A stretch of DNA of 32,000 bases from Exiguobacterium profundum (lineage in GTDB: Bacteria; Bacillota; Bacilli; Exiguobacteriales; Exiguobacteriaceae). The stretch's first letter is position 1, and every line of letters begins with the position of its first letter. The position numbers and the translations under genes were made by a program. Positions 1-10,359 of this stretch are shown piece by piece. The notes below the pieces were generated by a model. The model was given only the letters and a program-made list of their open reading frames with translations, did not search any database and was not told the DNA's origin. The stretch lies in assembly GCF_025234635.1 (NCBI RefSeq), contig NZ_JANIEG010000004.1; one strand, 5' to 3'.

Positions 1-1
1 T

Positions 2-1036
2 CCACTCATTGTGGCCGGACTCTTCTTTTATTTCCTGGTCGGGATTGTCGACTTCTTAGAGAAACGCTTAAAAGGGAAGCGAACGTTAGCTGTAGCCATC
101 ACACTGATCGGACTCGTGCTTATTTTTACACTTGTCTTCAGTATTCTCGGACCGGTTTTAGGCGAACAAATTACGTCGCTCGTCAACGCTATGCCGAGTA
201 TCGCAAAAGAACTTCAGAAACAGGCGTTCGCTGTCCGTGACACGTTGCTACAAAATGAGTTCTTTGCACGCTTCATGGCAGAAAATGACGAGATGTTCCG
301 TAACTTGACGACGAACATCACGTCGTACTTAGGAGACTTATTCGGAAACATTGCCTCATCATTCGGTCAAGTCGTCGGATTCGTGACGTCAGCGGTCATC
401 ACGATCGTCGTTATCCCGTTCATGCTTCTCTACATGTTGCTTGACGGGAAACGTCTACCGGACGCAATCGTCAAATTGCTCCCATCGAGCTATGAAAAGG
501 AAACGCGTCACATCTTGCATGACATGCACGAGACGGTGCGGAGTTACGTCAACGCTCAGTTGCTCGTCGCATTCTTCGTTGGAATCACGTCACTGATTGG
601 TCTCTGGATCGTCGGTGTAGATTATGCCATCTTGCTCGCACTCTTCATGATGGTAACAAATATTATCCCTTACGTTGGACCGTTCCTAGGGGCTGCACCG
701 GCAGTGGTCGTGGCATTCATTCAAGATCCAATCAAGGTATTATGGGTCATCGTTGTCATCATCGTCGTGCAACAGATTGAGTCGAACGTCATCTCGCCAC
801 TCATTCAAGGGAAGTCGTTAAAAGTACACCCGCTCACGATCATCATCGTCTTGCTCGTAGCCGGAAATTTGGCTGGTATCATCGGAATGCTCATCGCTGT
901 ACCGTTTTATGCGGTCGCCAAAACGGTTGTCCAGAATATCGTTCGCATCTATAAATTACGAGAACGAGAACATTATTTGGACAAAGAGGAACCTGAGAGT
1001 TCGATTATCACGGACCCGAACTCGCCAAATCTATAA
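2..1036 (+). CDS. AI-2E family (UPF0118/PerM-like) membrane transporter; 5' end probably lies outside the window
   Basis: The frame is open from the window edge (the ORF track GTG at 11 is probably internal). The protein is multi-pass and hydrophobic. It has the motif VQQIESNVISPLIQGKSLKVHPL typical of the AI-2E/PerM family and a hydrophilic C-terminal tail. Confidence 0.8.
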   Translation, partial: PLIVAGLFFYFLVGIVDFLEKRLKGKRTLAVAITLIGLVLIFTLVFSILGPVLGEQITSLVNAMPSIAKELQKQAFAVRDTLLQNEFFARFMAENDEMFRNLTTNITSYLGDLFGNIASSFGQVVGFVTSAVITIVVIPFMLLYMLLDGKRLPDAIVKLLPSSYEKETRHILHDMHETVRSYVNAQLLVAFFVGITSLIGLWIVGVDYAILLALFMMVTNIIPYVGPFLGAAPAVVVAFIQDPIKVLWVIVVIIVVQQIESNVISPLIQGKSLKVHPLTIIIVLLVAGNLAGIIGMLIAVPFYAVAKTVVQNIVRIYKLREREHYLDKEEPESSIITDPNSPNL

Positions 1037-1045
1037 GAAGAAAGG

Positions 1046-1081
1046 GTAGGAATGGAGTTTCGCCATTTCTACTTCTTTTTG
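1046..1081 (+). terminator. Rho-independent terminator after the transporter gene
   Basis: GTAGGAATGG (1046-1055), 7-nt loop, CCATTTCTAC (1063-1072) with one mismatch, followed by TTCTTTTT. Confidence 0.75.
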
Positions 1082-1146
1082 TCACAAAAAGTTCTTATTT
1101 TATTTCAGGAAAATCAAACAGAAGATTATAGTTACCAGATAAGAAC

Positions 1147-1155
1147 TGTTATAAT
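1147..1155 (+). promoter_or_regulatory. Putative extended -10 element (TGtTATAAT) of the hem operon promoter
   Basis: TGTTATAAT at 1147-1155, about 65 nt upstream of the hemA ATG. I found no convincing -35 hexamer. Confidence 0.35.
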
Positions 1156-1221
1156 GTACGGTAGAGATTGAAATAAAGAAGAGATAACCGTCGGTGGATT
1201 TTAGATGAGGGGAAGAGATAC

Positions 1222-2568
1222 ATGCATATTGTCGTCGTTGGACTAAATAACAAGACAGCCCCTGTCGCGATTCGGGAGCAGTTCTCGTTTGGGGAGCAAG
1301 AAATCGTGGATGCGATGATTGCACTTCGCGAAGAGAAGAGCATTTTCGAGTCGGTTATTTTGTCTACGTGTAACCGGACAGAGCTGTACGTCGTGACAGA
1401 TCAACTCCATACTGGACGTTATTACACGAAACGTTTCTTGGCGAACTGGTTCAACTTAGAGATGGAGCAGTTCACACCATACTTGTCGATTCGAGAAGGG
1501 GAAGAGGCGATTCGCCACTTGTTCCGTGTAACGTCGGGCCTCGACTCGATGATCATCGGGGAAACACAAATTTTAGGTCAAGTGAAGACGAGTTTCTTCC
1601 GTGCCCAGGAGCATGGAACGACAGGAACGGTCTTCAACAAATTATTCAAAGAAGCGGTTACACTCGCCAAGCGCGCCCATACGGACACGCAAATTGGGGA
1701 AATGTCTGTATCGGTCAGTTCGGCTGCCGTGACGCTCGCACAAGAGATGTATCAACAGCTTGAAGACAAACAAGTCGTCGTCGTCGGAGCCGGTGAGACG
1801 GGTGAATTGACGACACTCAACTTATTTGAAGCTGGTGCGAAACAAATCGCTGTCTTCAACCGGACGGAGAGCAAAGCAAAAGCTGTAGCGGATAAGTTCA
1901 AAGGCCGTGCCCATTCGATTCGTGAGATCGCATGTGGATTACTTGATGCAGATATTTTGATTAGTTCGACCGGGGCGAAGGATGCCGTCATTGGATACGA
2001 CGATGTAGCGGCTGCACAGTTGCTGCGCCGCGAACGTCCGCTTCTTCTCATTGACATCGCTGTGCCGCGAGATATCGATCCAGCGGTCGCGACACTTCCG
2101 GGTGTGCATTTGTTCGATGTCGATGATTTGAATGGAATCGTAAACAAAAATCTTGAAGCGCGTCTCGTCGAGGCTGAAAAGATTGAAATGAAAATCGATG
2201 AAGCGATTCAAGAGTTCCAAACATGGCTCATCACGCTTGGTGTCGTGCCAATCATGAACGAGTTGCGTGCTCGTGCCCTTGATATTCAAGAAGATACGAT
2301 GACGAGTCTTGAGCGTAAGCTCGACCATTTGTCAGCACGAGACAAGAAAGTCATCGGGAAGCACATGAAGTCGATCATCAATCAAATGCTTCGTGACCCG
2401 ATTGACTACATTAAAGATGCAGCGGCTCAACCGGACGCGAACGTTCGAATCGCTCAATTCATCGAGACGTTCGGACTTGATGTCGAGTTGCCGGAACAAC
2501 CTGTAGACGAAGTGGAAGAAACAGATGCCACTTCTGCCAAAGCACCACTTCGCGCATTGATGCGCTAA
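1222..2568 (+). CDS. hemA: Glutamyl-tRNA reductase
   Basis: N-terminus MHIVVVGLNNKTAPVAIREQFSF, the active-site context STCNRTELY, and the NADPH-binding motif VVVVGAGETGE. RBS GGGGAAGAG lies upstream. Its position at the head of the hemCDBL cluster fits. Confidence 0.97.
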   Translation: MHIVVVGLNNKTAPVAIREQFSFGEQEIVDAMIALREEKSIFESVILSTCNRTELYVVTDQLHTGRYYTKRFLANWFNLEMEQFTPYLSIREGEEAIRHLFRVTSGLDSMIIGETQILGQVKTSFFRAQEHGTTGTVFNKLFKEAVTLAKRAHTDTQIGEMSVSVSSAAVTLAQEMYQQLEDKQVVVVGAGETGELTTLNLFEAGAKQIAVFNRTESKAKAVADKFKGRAHSIREIACGLLDADILISSTGAKDAVIGYDDVAAAQLLRRERPLLLIDIAVPRDIDPAVATLPGVHLFDVDDLNGIVNKNLEARLVEAEKIEMKIDEAIQEFQTWLITLGVVPIMNELRARALDIQEDTMTSLERKLDHLSARDKKVIGKHMKSIINQMLRDPIDYIKDAAAQPDANVRIAQFIETFGLDVELPEQPVDEVEETDATSAKAPLRALMR

Positions 2569-2579
2569 CAAGACAAAAA

Positions 2580-2600
2580 GGCGACGCGTGTCGCCTTTTT
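2580..2600 (+). terminator. Short intrinsic-terminator-like hairpin between hemA and hemC
   Basis: GGCGAC-GCGT-GTCGCC followed by TTTTT, starting 12 nt after the hemA stop and preceded by an A-run. Confidence 0.55.
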
Positions 2601-2620
2601 CTATGAAGGAGAGATTGAAC

Positions 2621-3538
2621 ATGCGGAAAATCATTGTCGGCTCACGCCGTTCCCAACTCGCCATGACTCAAACAAAATGGGTCATCGAGCAGTTGAAGCA
2701 AGCTGGAGCAAAGAACGAGTTCGAGATTAAAGAAATCGTGACGAAAGGTGACCAAATCGTCGACGTGCAATTGTCGAAAGTCGGTGGGAAAGGGTTGTTC
2801 GTCAAAGAGATTCAACAACAGATGCTCGATGGGGACATCGATTTCGCCGTACACAGCATGAAAGACGTTCCGGCCGAACTACCAGAAGAACTCTATATTA
2901 GCTGCATGCCGAAACGTGTCGATGCGCGTGACGTCCTCATCTGTGAGAACGGCTACACGTTCGAGACGCTTCCAAAAGGTTCGATTGTCGGAACGAGCTC
3001 ACTCCGTCGTGGTGCTCAAATCTTGGCAGCCCGTCCTGACCTTGAGATTCAATGGATTCGTGGAAACATCGACACGCGTCTGAAGAAGTTAGACTCCGAG
3101 AACTACAATGCCATCTTGCTCGCGAAAGCCGGACTTGAACGGATGGGGTGGACAGATCGTGTCAACTTCGAAGCGCTTGACCCGGACGTCATGGTACCTG
3201 CTGTCGGACAAGGCGTACTCGCCATCGAGAGCCGCAAGGACGACGCAGAAGTGACGGCAGTGCTTCAATTGTTGCATGATGATGTGACGGCGAAAGCGGC
3301 TACAGCGGAGCGTACTTTCTTAAAAGCGATTGAAGGAAGTTGTCACGTACCGGTCGGCGGTTATGCGACGGTCGACGGTGACGACGTGACACTGACAGGT
3401 CTCATCGCGTCAGTGGACGGGAAAGAAGTGCTTCGCGTGACGAAAACGTCAACGGACGGAATCGCACTCGGAATGGACGTAGCAGAAGAATTGCTCGGTC
3501 GTGGCGGGCGTGAAATCCTCGCCTCGGTCAATGAGTGA
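2621..3538 (+). CDS. hemC: Porphobilinogen deaminase (hydroxymethylbilane synthase)
   Basis: MRKIIVGSRRSQLAMTQT N-terminus and the cofactor cysteine context EGSCHVPVG. The ATG at 2621 has RBS GAAGGAGAG 8 nt upstream; the ORF-track start at 2588 lacks an RBS. Confidence 0.96.
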   Translation: MRKIIVGSRRSQLAMTQTKWVIEQLKQAGAKNEFEIKEIVTKGDQIVDVQLSKVGGKGLFVKEIQQQMLDGDIDFAVHSMKDVPAELPEELYISCMPKRVDARDVLICENGYTFETLPKGSIVGTSSLRRGAQILAARPDLEIQWIRGNIDTRLKKLDSENYNAILLAKAGLERMGWTDRVNFEALDPDVMVPAVGQGVLAIESRKDDAEVTAVLQLLHDDVTAKAATAERTFLKAIEGSCHVPVGGYATVDGDDVTLTGLIASVDGKEVLRVTKTSTDGIALGMDVAEELLGRGGREILASVNE

Positions 3539-4196
3539 CGTTTGGTACACGGGAACGAAACGAATGACCGCTTCGCAACGGGCACGGCTCGAGGCGAGCG
3601 GTCTTTCCGTTCATCATGTCCCGCTCATTCAGACGAGAGAGACGCATACACCGCCACCCGTGGAACGATTCGATTGGCTCGTCGTCACGAGTCAAAACGC
3701 GGTGCAAGCCCTTCGGAATCTGACGCGTGACGTCAAGGTCGCCGCTGTCGGAGAGAAGACGAAGCGGGCGCTTGAAGCGGAGGGCTTTACCGTCTCGCTC
3801 ATGCCGGAGACGTATACGGGTGAGGCGCTTTTTGAGCAGTTATCTGACGTTGTTTCGACCGATGATGTCGTCTTGTTTGCACGTGGCAATTTGGCGAACA
3901 CGTCCCATATGTCGATGTTGCCTCATGTACAGGACTGGGTCGTCTATGAGACGGTTCCAATCCGATTGACCTCGGACCAACAACAACAACTCGAGACGGT
4001 GAAGGCGTTACTCGTCCTGAGTCCGTCGGCCGTCGATGCGCTCACACCACACTTGTCCCACTTCAACGGGACGTGGTACGCCATTGGCGAAGTGACCGAA
4101 CGCGCCGTCCGACAAGTGTCGACATTACCGGTACGAGTGCCAGAATGTTATACTATGGATGCATTAATACAGTGTGTAGGGGAGGATTTTTCATGA
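3531..4196 (+). CDS. hemD: Uroporphyrinogen-III synthase
   Basis: Sits between hemC and hemB. HemD-like two-lobed sequence ([19 protein letters not shown]). The ATG at 3531 overlaps the hemC stop (3536-3538) by 8 nt. Confidence 0.85.
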   Translation: MSDVWYTGTKRMTASQRARLEASGLSVHHVPLIQTRETHTPPPVERFDWLVVTSQNAVQALRNLTRDVKVAAVGEKTKRALEAEGFTVSLMPETYTGEALFEQLSDVVSTDDVVLFARGNLANTSHMSMLPHVQDWVVYETVPIRLTSDQQQQLETVKALLVLSPSAVDALTPHLSHFNGTWYAIGEVTERAVRQVSTLPVRVPECYTMDALIQCVGEDFS

Positions 4197-5173
4197 ACCA
4201 GTTTGACCGTCACCGTCGTCTTCGCTCATCGAAGTCGATGCGTGCCCTCGTACGTGAAAATCATGTTCGAAAAGAAGATTTGATTTACCCGCTCTTCATC
4301 ATTGAAGGGACTAATATTAAACGTGAAGTCAGCTCGATGCCAGGCGTCTTCAATTATTCACTTGACCGACTCGAAGAAGAGATCAAAGAAATCGTCGACC
4401 TCGGTCTCCAATCTGTGCTTTTGTTCGGTGTGCCGGAACATAAAGACCCGGAAGGCAGCGAAGCGTATCATGACCACGGCATCGTCCAAGAAGCGATTCG
4501 TAAAGTGAAGGAGTGGGCGCCACAGCTCACGGTCATCGCCGATACGTGCCTTTGTGAGTACACGTCGACAGGTCACTGTGGTCTCGTGAAGGATGGGGAC
4601 GTCGATAACGACGCATCACTTCCACTTCACGTCCAGACAGCCATTACGCAAGCACAAGCGGGTGCCGATGTCATCGCACCGAGCTCGATGATGGATGGAT
4701 TCGTCGCAGCTATCCGTGAAGGTCTCGACCAAAACGGATTCAGTCACATTCCAATCATGAGCTACGGCGTCAAATATGCGTCTGCGTATTACGGACCGTT
4801 CCGTGACGCAGCCCAATCGGCTCCTGGTGAAGGCGACCGTAAAGGGTATCAGATGGACCCGGCGAACCGTCGTGAGGCGTTCCGTGAGTCACAATCGGAC
4901 GTCGAACAAGGTGCCGACTTCATGATCGTCAAACCGGCTCTCGCGTTCATGGACATTATCCGTGACATGCGCGACTCACTCGATATGCCAATCGTAGCGT
5001 ATAACGTGAGCGGTGAGTATGCGATGATCAAAGCCGCGTCACTCAACGACTGGGTCGATGAAGAACGCATCGTCATGGAGACGATGGTCGGATTCAAACG
5101 TGCCGGTGCCGATCTCATCGTCACGTATTTCGCAAAAGACGTCTGTCGCTATTTGGAAGGAGACTACGCATGA
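4193..5173 (+). CDS. hemB: Porphobilinogen synthase (delta-aminolevulinate dehydratase), Zn-type
   Basis: [15 protein letters not shown]-terminus, the cysteine-rich metal site [14 protein letters not shown], and the Schiff-base lysine context FMIVKPAL. The ATG at 4193 forms an ATGA overlap with the hemD stop. RBS AGGGGAGGA at 4178-4186. Confidence 0.96.
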   Translation: MNQFDRHRRLRSSKSMRALVRENHVRKEDLIYPLFIIEGTNIKREVSSMPGVFNYSLDRLEEEIKEIVDLGLQSVLLFGVPEHKDPEGSEAYHDHGIVQEAIRKVKEWAPQLTVIADTCLCEYTSTGHCGLVKDGDVDNDASLPLHVQTAITQAQAGADVIAPSSMMDGFVAAIREGLDQNGFSHIPIMSYGVKYASAYYGPFRDAAQSAPGEGDRKGYQMDPANRREAFRESQSDVEQGADFMIVKPALAFMDIIRDMRDSLDMPIVAYNVSGEYAMIKAASLNDWVDEERIVMETMVGFKRAGADLIVTYFAKDVCRYLEGDYA

Positions 5174-6474
5174 CATACAACCAAACGCGCTCACAGGAAG
5201 CGTTCGAACAAGCTCGTCCACTAATGCCAGGCGGTGTCAACAGCCCGGTCCGTGCCTATAAATCGGTCGGGATGACGCCAATTTTCGCCGAACGTGGTGA
5301 AGGCTCACGCGTCTATGACATCGATGGCAATGAATATATCGATTACGTCCTCTCATGGGGACCACTCATCCTCGGTCACCGTGATCCGGTCGTCACGAAA
5401 GCGATCCAAGAACAAGCTGAAAAAGGCTGGACGTTCGGGACGCCGACCGAGCTTGAAACGAAGATGGCAGAACTCGTCATCGACCGTGTCCCATCGATCG
5501 AGATGGTCCGCATGGTCAACTCGGGAACGGAAGCTACGATGGCGGCACTTCGCCTCGCACGCGGCTATACCGGAAAGACAAAGATTTTGAAATTCGAAGG
5601 ATGTTACCACGGACACGGTGACTCGCTTCTCATCAAAGCCGGGTCTGGCGTCGCGACGCTCGGTCTTCCAGACTCACCAGGTGTACCGAAAGAGCTCGCG
5701 AGCCATACGCTCACGGTTCCTTACAATGATTTGGACGCAGTCCGCGTCGCATTTGAGAAATACGGAGACGACCTCGCTGGGGTCATCGTCGAACCGGCCG
5801 CAGGAAACATGGGCTTCGTGCCACCACAACCAGGATTCCTCGAAGGACTTCGTGAAATCACGGAACAAAACGGCGCGCTTCTCATCTTTGATGAGGTAAT
5901 GACGGGCTTCCGTGTCGGATACAACTGTGCACAAGGGTACTTCGGTGTCACACCGGACCTCACATGTCTCGGGAAAGTCATCGGCGGCGGACTTCCGGTC
6001 GGCGCTTACGGCGGGAAACGTGAAATCATGGAACAGATCGCACCGCAAGGTCCAATCTATCAAGCAGGTACGCTCTCGGGTAACCCTCTCGCGATGATTG
6101 CCGGCTACACGACACTCTCGCAACTCAAACCTGAGCACTACGCCGAGTTCGAGCGTAAAGCAGACCGTCTCGCGGAAGGCTTCACGCAGGCTGGTGAGAA
6201 ATACAACATCCCACACGACACGAACCGTGCTGGCTCGATGTTCGGTTTCTTCTTCACGAACGAGAAAGTGACGAACTTCGAGAAAGCGAAGTCGGCAAAC
6301 CTCGAGATGTTCCGTTCGTACTATCAGAAGATGGCGGCGCGCGGCGTCTTCTTGCCACCGTCACAGTTCGAAGGATTGTTCCTATCGACGGCTCATACGG
6401 ACGAGGATATCGAGAAGACGATCGCAGCGGTCGGGGCGACGTTCAAGGAGCTTCAAGAAGAGTTTTCACTCTAA
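5170..6474 (+). CDS. hemL: Glutamate-1-semialdehyde 2,1-aminomutase
   Basis: [12 protein letters not shown] motif and the PLP-lysine context [21 protein letters not shown] overlap with the hemB stop. Confidence 0.97.
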   Translation: MTYNQTRSQEAFEQARPLMPGGVNSPVRAYKSVGMTPIFAERGEGSRVYDIDGNEYIDYVLSWGPLILGHRDPVVTKAIQEQAEKGWTFGTPTELETKMAELVIDRVPSIEMVRMVNSGTEATMAALRLARGYTGKTKILKFEGCYHGHGDSLLIKAGSGVATLGLPDSPGVPKELASHTLTVPYNDLDAVRVAFEKYGDDLAGVIVEPAAGNMGFVPPQPGFLEGLREITEQNGALLIFDEVMTGFRVGYNCAQGYFGVTPDLTCLGKVIGGGLPVGAYGGKREIMEQIAPQGPIYQAGTLSGNPLAMIAGYTTLSQLKPEHYAEFERKADRLAEGFTQAGEKYNIPHDTNRAGSMFGFFFTNEKVTNFEKAKSANLEMFRSYYQKMAARGVFLPPSQFEGLFLSTAHTDEDIEKTIAAVGATFKELQEEFSL

Positions 6475-6476
6475 TC

Positions 6477-6505
6477 TTGACTGCTGACGTTTCTGTCGCT
6501 ACAAT
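6477..6505 (+). promoter_or_regulatory. SigmaA-type promoter of valS (TTGACT-17 nt-TACAAT)
   Basis: TTGACT at 6477-6482, a 17-nt spacer, TACAAT at 6500-6505. It lies immediately upstream of the T-box leader. Confidence 0.7.
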
Positions 6506-6511
6506 TATTTA

Positions 6512-6770
6512 ACAGATACGATGAATGGCTTTGATGAGGAGTAGTACGCATACTCCATTCCTTTTAGAGACGCGACCGCTTGGTGAAAGGTTGCGAGGGA
6601 TGGACGCGGAAGTCGCCTCGGAGCTGACTTTCTGAATGGAGTAGGAAAGTTCGGTCCATCGACCGTTATTCGATTTTGAGGGCGCCATTTTTTGGCGAAC
6701 TAAGGTGGTACCGCGGAAGATCACGGCTTCTTTCGTCCTTAGCATATAGGACGAGAGAAGCCGTTTTTGT
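6512..6770 (+). promoter_or_regulatory. T-box riboswitch leader, valine specifier (GUC)
   Basis: GA/K-turn TGATGAG (6532-6538), AGUA S-turn, AGAGA bulge, and GGTGAAA distal loop. Specifier loop GAA-GUC-G, with GUC at 6612-6614 closed by a GAGG/CCTC helix. Conserved T-box AACTAAGGTGGTACCGCGG at 6698-6716. Terminator CGGCTTCTTTCGTCCT (6724-6739) / AGGACGAGAGAAGCCG (6748-6763) followed by TTTTT. Confidence 0.9.
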
Positions 6771-6801
6771 GTTCACCAATAAGATAGAGGAGGCGCTACA
6801 C

Positions 6802-9453
6802 ATGGCCCATGAGACAAATGAAATCACCATGCCGACGAAGTACGACCCAAGTGCGACGGAGTCAAAATGGTACGACTACTGGTTAGAGAACGATGTATTT
6901 AAAGCAGACGAGGACGATTCGAAACAACCGTACACGATTGTCATCCCACCACCGAACGTTACCGGGAAACTTCACCTCGGTCACGCCTGGGACACGACGC
7001 TTCAAGACTTGTTGACACGTCTCAAGCGTATGCAAGGCTATGACGTGCTCTGGCTCCCAGGGATGGACCACGCCGGAATCGCGACACAAGCGAAAGTCGA
7101 GCAAAAACTCCGTGAAGAAGGCGTCATGCGTTACGACCTCGGACGTGAGAAGTTCCTCGAGAAGACGTGGGAATGGAAAGACGAGTACGCGAAGACGATT
7201 CGCGACCAATGGTCAAAACTTGGTCTCGGTCTCGACTACTCGCGTGAGCGCTTCACACTCGACGAAGGGCTCTCAAAAGCCGTTCAAGAAGTATTCGTCC
7301 GTCTTTATGAAAAAGGCTTGATTTACCGTGGCGAATACATCGTTAACTGGGACCCGGCTCAAAAGACGGCCGTTTCAGATATCGAGGTCATTTACCAAGA
7401 AGTCGAGGGTGCATTCTATCACATGAAATACCCACTCGCTGACGGTTCGGGTCACATCGAGATCGCGACGACACGTCCCGAGACGATGCTCGGTGATACG
7501 GCGGTTGCCGTCAACCCGAAAGATGAGCGTTACACACACCTCATCGGCAAGACGATCATGCTTCCAGTCATGAACCGTGAAATCCCGATCGTTGCCGACG
7601 ACTATGTCGACATGGAGTTCGGTACAGGTTGCGTGAAGATCACGCCAGCACACGACCCGAACGACTTTGAAATCGGAAACCGCCACGAGCTTCCACGCAT
7701 CCTCGTCATGGATGAAGGCGGGAAGATGAACGAGAATGCTGGTAAGTACGAAGGGCTCGACCGCTTCGAATGCCGCAAGCAACTCGTCAAAGACCTTGAG
7801 GCGGACGGCACACTCGTGAAGATTGAGCCGCACACGCACTCGGTTGGTCACTCAGAGCGTTCAGGCGCAGTCATCGAGCCATACCTTTCGAAACAATGGT
7901 TTGTTGACATGGAGCCACTCGCGAAAGCGGCACTTGAGGCACAAGGAAACGACGACACGAAAGTCAACTTCGTCCCAGAACGCTTCGAAGGCACATACCT
8001 CCGTTGGATGGAGAACATCCGCGACTGGTGTATCAGCCGTCAACTTTGGTGGGGCCACCGCATCCCGGCTTGGTACCATAACGAAACAGGAGAAGTGTAT
8101 GTAGGGAAAGAAGCGCCAGCGGACAGTGAGAACTGGACACAAGACGAAGACGTCCTCGACACATGGTTCTCGTCAGCACTTTGGCCGTTCTCAACAATGG
8201 GCTGGCCGGATGCGGACGCACCGGACTTCAACCGTTACTTCCCGACGAGCGCGCTCGTCACGGGATACGACATCATCTTCTTCTGGGTATCACGGATGAT
8301 CTTCCAATCACTCGAGTTCACAGGGAAGCAACCGTTCAACGACGTCCTCATCCACGGTCTCATCCGTGACTCGGAAGGACGCAAGATGTCGAAATCACTC
8401 GGTAACGGCGTTGACCCGATGGAAGTCATCGACCAGTATGGAGCGGATTCACTCCGTTGGTTCCTCCTCACAGGTTCGACACCAGGGAACGACCTTCGTT
8501 TCTATTGGGAGAAGATCGAGTCGACATGGAACTTTGCGAACAAGATTTGGAACGCAAGTCGTTTCGCGCTCATGAACATGGATGGACTCAAAGTCGAAGA
8601 CATCGACCTAACGGGTGAGAAGACGCTTGCTGACAAGTGGATCTTGACACGCTTGAACGACACGATTGACCAAGTGACACGCCTCGTCGACAAGTACGAG
8701 TTCGGTGAAGCCGGTCGTTACTTGTACAACTTCATCTGGGAAGAGTTCTGTAACTGGTACATCGAGATGGCGAAACTCACGCTCTACGGTGAGGACGAAG
8801 CGGCGAAGCACACGACACGTTCGGTCCTCGCGCATACGCTCGATTCGATCATGCGTCTCATGCATCCGTTCATGCCGTTCCTCACAGAAGAAATTTGGCA
8901 ACACTTGCCGCACGAAGGCGATTCAATCGTTCGTGCAAGCTACCCGACGAGTCGTGACGACCTTCACTTTGCGGATTCGGTTCCAGCGTTTGAAGCTGTG
9001 ATGAACGTCATCCGCTCGGTTCGTAACATCCGTGCCGAAGTGAACGCACCGATGTCGAAACCAATTCAGCTCTTCATCTCGACGAGCGATGATGCGACAC
9101 AAGGTTACTTGAGCGCGAATGAAATGACGATCGGCAAGTTCACGAATGCGACAGAGCTTGAAATCGGACGTGGTCTCACGGCCCCGGACAAGTCGATGTC
9201 AGCAATCATGACGGGAGCAGAGCTCTTCATCCCGCTCGCAGACCTCATCAACTTCGAAGAAGAAATCGCTCGTCTTGAAAAAGAAGTGGCGAAGTATGAG
9301 AAAGAAGTCGAGCGCGTGCAGAAGAAACTCGGAAACCAAGGCTTCATCGCCAAGGCGCCGGCTCACGTCATCGACGAAGAGAAAGCAAAAGAAAAAGACT
9401 ACCTCGACAAGCGTGACGCGGTCCGCGCCCGTTTGGAAGAGTTGCGTAAGTAA
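6802..9453 (+). CDS. valS: Valine--tRNA ligase
   Basis: HIGH-type motif [18 protein letters not shown] motif, and a C-terminal coiled coil. The ATG at 6802 has RBS AGAGGAGG; the ORF-track start at 6676 lies inside the T-box leader. Confidence 0.98.
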   Translation: MAHETNEITMPTKYDPSATESKWYDYWLENDVFKADEDDSKQPYTIVIPPPNVTGKLHLGHAWDTTLQDLLTRLKRMQGYDVLWLPGMDHAGIATQAKVEQKLREEGVMRYDLGREKFLEKTWEWKDEYAKTIRDQWSKLGLGLDYSRERFTLDEGLSKAVQEVFVRLYEKGLIYRGEYIVNWDPAQKTAVSDIEVIYQEVEGAFYHMKYPLADGSGHIEIATTRPETMLGDTAVAVNPKDERYTHLIGKTIMLPVMNREIPIVADDYVDMEFGTGCVKITPAHDPNDFEIGNRHELPRILVMDEGGKMNENAGKYEGLDRFECRKQLVKDLEADGTLVKIEPHTHSVGHSERSGAVIEPYLSKQWFVDMEPLAKAALEAQGNDDTKVNFVPERFEGTYLRWMENIRDWCISRQLWWGHRIPAWYHNETGEVYVGKEAPADSENWTQDEDVLDTWFSSALWPFSTMGWPDADAPDFNRYFPTSALVTGYDIIFFWVSRMIFQSLEFTGKQPFNDVLIHGLIRDSEGRKMSKSLGNGVDPMEVIDQYGADSLRWFLLTGSTPGNDLRFYWEKIESTWNFANKIWNASRFALMNMDGLKVEDIDLTGEKTLADKWILTRLNDTIDQVTRLVDKYEFGEAGRYLYNFIWEEFCNWYIEMAKLTLYGEDEAAKHTTRSVLAHTLDSIMRLMHPFMPFLTEEIWQHLPHEGDSIVRASYPTSRDDLHFADSVPAFEAVMNVIRSVRNIRAEVNAPMSKPIQLFISTSDDATQGYLSANEMTIGKFTNATELEIGRGLTAPDKSMSAIMTGAELFIPLADLINFEEEIARLEKEVAKYEKEVERVQKKLGNQGFIAKAPAHVIDEEKAKEKDYLDKRDAVRARLEELRK

Positions 9454-9460
9454 GACTCAC

Positions 9461-9500
9461 ACCTTCTTTGGAGATTGATTCTCTGAAGAAGGTTTTTTTT
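9461..9500 (+). terminator. Rho-independent terminator after valS
   Basis: ACCTTCTT (9461-9468) pairs with AAGAAGGT (9486-9493), followed by a run of 8 T. Confidence 0.8.
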
Positions 9501-9548
9501 GTGTTTTGGTAGAATTTGGAGATATGGGCGTAGAAAAGGGGATATGAG

Positions 9549-10313
9549 ATGAGACGAATCGGGGTAATATGTATTCTTGTCTTGGGACTAGCGGGGTGTA
9601 TGACACCAAAAGAGACGAAATCTATCGAAACAGTGGATGTGATGGATGTGGAAGAGATTGAGAAGGAGAGAGTGATTGATGAATCCCAATTTCCAGACGT
9701 AGAAGTGACGGGGACGACGATTGTTGAAGTGCCAGCAAGAACGAAACAGATTTCAGATGCCGTTGTGGCACAAACGACCCTTCAATATGAAGATGGGTCG
9801 ACGAGACATTTATCGAAAGATCACATTTTAACGGAGACGATGGTCGGAGGAATTGGTTTAGTTGCGATGACCGTCCCTGACCGTGAGAACCCGTTTGGCG
9901 TATTCATTTACGATGTGAGAAATGAGTGGGCGCAGCGTGGAATGCAACGTTTCGGGATTCCAGAAACATCATCAGCGTTCGTTCACGGATTAGATCTTCC
10001 TAATAAAGAGATGGAGGCCATCAGTACGGATTATTCAGGTAGCGATTGGTCGGTGAAGCTTTGGACGTTATATGACGAGACACGCCTCATCAGTATCATT
10101 GTGACGGATTCTTTCACTGAAGTAGAAGGGGAGATGTCGGAACAGCCAGAACCGTATGTTTTGGAACAATCATATGGGAACGGTTTATACTATTTATCAC
10201 AAGGAAGACTGATTATCGTGACAGGAAATATCTCAGAAGAAGAGTTATTGGTACTCACTGACTCGCTACCGGAACCTTCGTCTGTATCGTTTCCGTTTCA
10301 TGATCCGGAGTAA
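9549..10313 (+). CDS. Hypothetical lipoprotein
   Basis: Signal peptide with lipobox: MRRIGVICILVLGLAG|C. I recognise no family with confidence. The C-terminal segment LYYLSQGRLIIVTGNISEEELLVLTDSL is faintly reminiscent of DUF4367-type domains. Spot-checked lines in the neighbouring GNAT gene and in valS gave 22/60 versus 36/60 G+C. Confidence 0.75.
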   Translation: MRRIGVICILVLGLAGCMTPKETKSIETVDVMDVEEIEKERVIDESQFPDVEVTGTTIVEVPARTKQISDAVVAQTTLQYEDGSTRHLSKDHILTETMVGGIGLVAMTVPDRENPFGVFIYDVRNEWAQRGMQRFGIPETSSAFVHGLDLPNKEMEAISTDYSGSDWSVKLWTLYDETRLISIIVTDSFTEVEGEMSEQPEPYVLEQSYGNGLYYLSQGRLIIVTGNISEEELLVLTDSLPEPSSVSFPFHDPE

Positions 10314-10359
10314 AGATGAACACGCACACTTATAGAACCGATGAAAAGGAGGGGGCCTG

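Noticed and set aside
3531-5173. Overlapping stop/start codons in the hem operon (hemC/hemD 8-nt overlap; hemD/hemB and hemB/hemL ATGA) as something unusual.
   Set aside because: This is ordinary translational coupling in tightly packed operons.
5674-6216. Long antisense or alternative-frame ORFs inside well-supported genes, for example 5674-6216(-), 1752-2147(-), 7375-7851(-), 17062-17685(-), 20115-20624(+), 23346-23750(-), 26764-27180(-) and 28271-28708(-).
   Set aside because: They lie entirely within genes that have strong motif support on the other strand or frame. Their translations are low-complexity (R/S/T/P-rich) with no RBS or recognisable motif. They are typical shadow ORFs.
6676-6801. 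N-terminal extensions of ORF-track calls: valS from 6676, hemB from 4073, hemD from 3501, hemC from 2588, the vanW-like gene from 21432, maf from 30943, selO up to 13395, and minor pilins from 21156 and 20615.
   Set aside because: Internal start codons with good RBS spacing match the conserved protein N-termini. The extensions run through a T-box leader, upstream genes, terminators or promoter regions.
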